A stretch of 64,000 nt of DNA, taken from assembly GCA_965287045.1 (NCBI GenBank), contig OZ336872.1, positions 97,278,001-97,342,000 on the forward strand, read 5' to 3'. Positions 62,714-64,000 of this stretch are shown here, piece after piece. The notes beneath the pieces are model-generated. The model was given only the letters and a program-made list of their open reading frames with translations, was not told the DNA's origin and did no database searches. The position numbers were made by a program, and so were the translations under genes. Every line of letters begins with the position of its first letter. Position 1 is the stretch's first letter. The DNA is from Carcharhinus amblyrhynchos (lineage: Eukaryota).

Positions 62714-63035
62714 GAGCAGCATGGTGGCACAGTGGTTAGCACTATTGCCTCACAGCGCCAGAGACCCACGTTCGATTCCTGGCTTGGGTCACTGTCTATG
62801 TGGAGTTTGCACATTCTCCTGGTGTCTGAGTGGGTTTTCTCTGGGTGCTCCGGTTTCCTTCCACAGTCCAAAGATGTTAGGTGGAATGGCCATGCTAAAT
62901 TGCCATTAGTGTCACCGAGACTAGATAGGGTAAATGCATGGGATTATGGGGCTAGGACCTGGGTGGGATTGTGGTTGGTGCAGACTAGATGGGTTGAATG
63001 CTCTTTCTGCACTGTAGGGATTCTATGATTCTATG
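62714..63035 (+). mobile_element. HE1/V-SINE, type A, nested in a CR1 3' fragment
   Basis: Full head; tail ctgcactgtagggattctatgattctatga. Confidence 0.85.
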
Positions 63036-64000
63036 AAACCATCCCGCCTATTGAATCTGTCCTTGCAGCTAAAATTCTCCATCCCTGGCAACATCCATAA
63101 ATCTTTCTCTTGACTGATTTATTGTACCATGTGTGCCTGGTTACATTGCTGACATATCTTTAGGATTCCCCTTCTCAATGATAGTCCTGGGGTTCAGCAA
63201 CTATAACTAGCTGACCAGAACTCAGAAAGATTTATGCCGTCCAATGTAAACCTTCCACAGGCGTCCCTGCCATTATCGCCTGTTCATACACACTTGTGAG
63301 GTGAGAATCACATGGTGGAAAACCTGACTAACTCTTTAAGTGGGTCGATTAAAGTGTGAGTACTTGTGATGGAGCATAGTTGTACGTACTGTGACAATGA
63401 AACCTCAGACCATAATCATAGCAACCATGATCTTACTGAATCTTACTCAACTCAGACTGAGCGGGTCACAAATATGTCAGCTACCTCCATGACTTCCTCC
63501 TCTGTGAGCTGGACTATCACTGGTGGGCTGCTTTCTGTCCACTCTCTATTCATTGGGTTTTATGCTCTCTTCTGCTGCAAGGGCTGAAGAAACTTTCCTA
63601 TGAGTGAAGGAAGAAGAGTTATTTGCTTGATGCATTGCATTCAGTGAGGGTGACCATTAGATAGATGCATCACACTGCATACGGATTGAGGTGAGCGGCA
63701 ACAGTGGATGGATAGTCGGGAACATGATAGACTGTAGAGAAAGTTAAGGCTAAAAGTGAAGCTGCAAAGCCACACCAAATGCAAACTAAATAGTAGATGC
63801 AGTATACTCTAGATAGTGCTAAGTGATTGCAAAACCAATAGAATACCACCTTATGAGTCTACATGGATAATCGGTAAAATGATGGAAGGTGTCATCAAAA
63901 GTGCTATCAAGCAGCACTTACTTATCAATCACCTGCTCACTGATGCTCAGTTTGGGTTCCACCAGGGTCGCTCAGCTCCTGACCTCATTAAAGTCTTGGT

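Noticed and set aside
63366-63587. Ser/Thr-rich ORF with a hydrophobic end, as a membrane-protein exon
   Set aside because: No convincing splice sites or family match, and it is surrounded by LINE fragments.

Overview
This is eukaryotic DNA, almost certainly from a shark or ray, judged by about 15 HE1/V-SINE copies plus CR1, L2, RTE, Rex/Babar, Penelope and Harbinger repeats. It contains one real protein-coding gene, a + strand synaptobrevin that is most likely VAMP2. Its coding exons are 38182-38305, 42956-43114, 46152-46203 and 49920-49936, giving 117 aa once the split ATG from an unlocated first exon is added, and a probable 3' UTR of about 5.4 kb follows. The most interesting signals are: (1) a cluster of candidate alternative C-termini for this VAMP; (2) an intron-less alpha-tubulin fragment fused to an L2 LINE 3' tail; (3) a perfect 26-bp hairpin insertion with a 13-bp target-site duplication inside a young CR1; (4) a Penelope hammerhead-like motif split by a MITE; (5) a local inverted duplication of a junction between two transposons; (6) HE1 SINEs with two different tails. 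I found no prokaryotic-type system. Repeat boundaries and family names were read by eye and are approximate.
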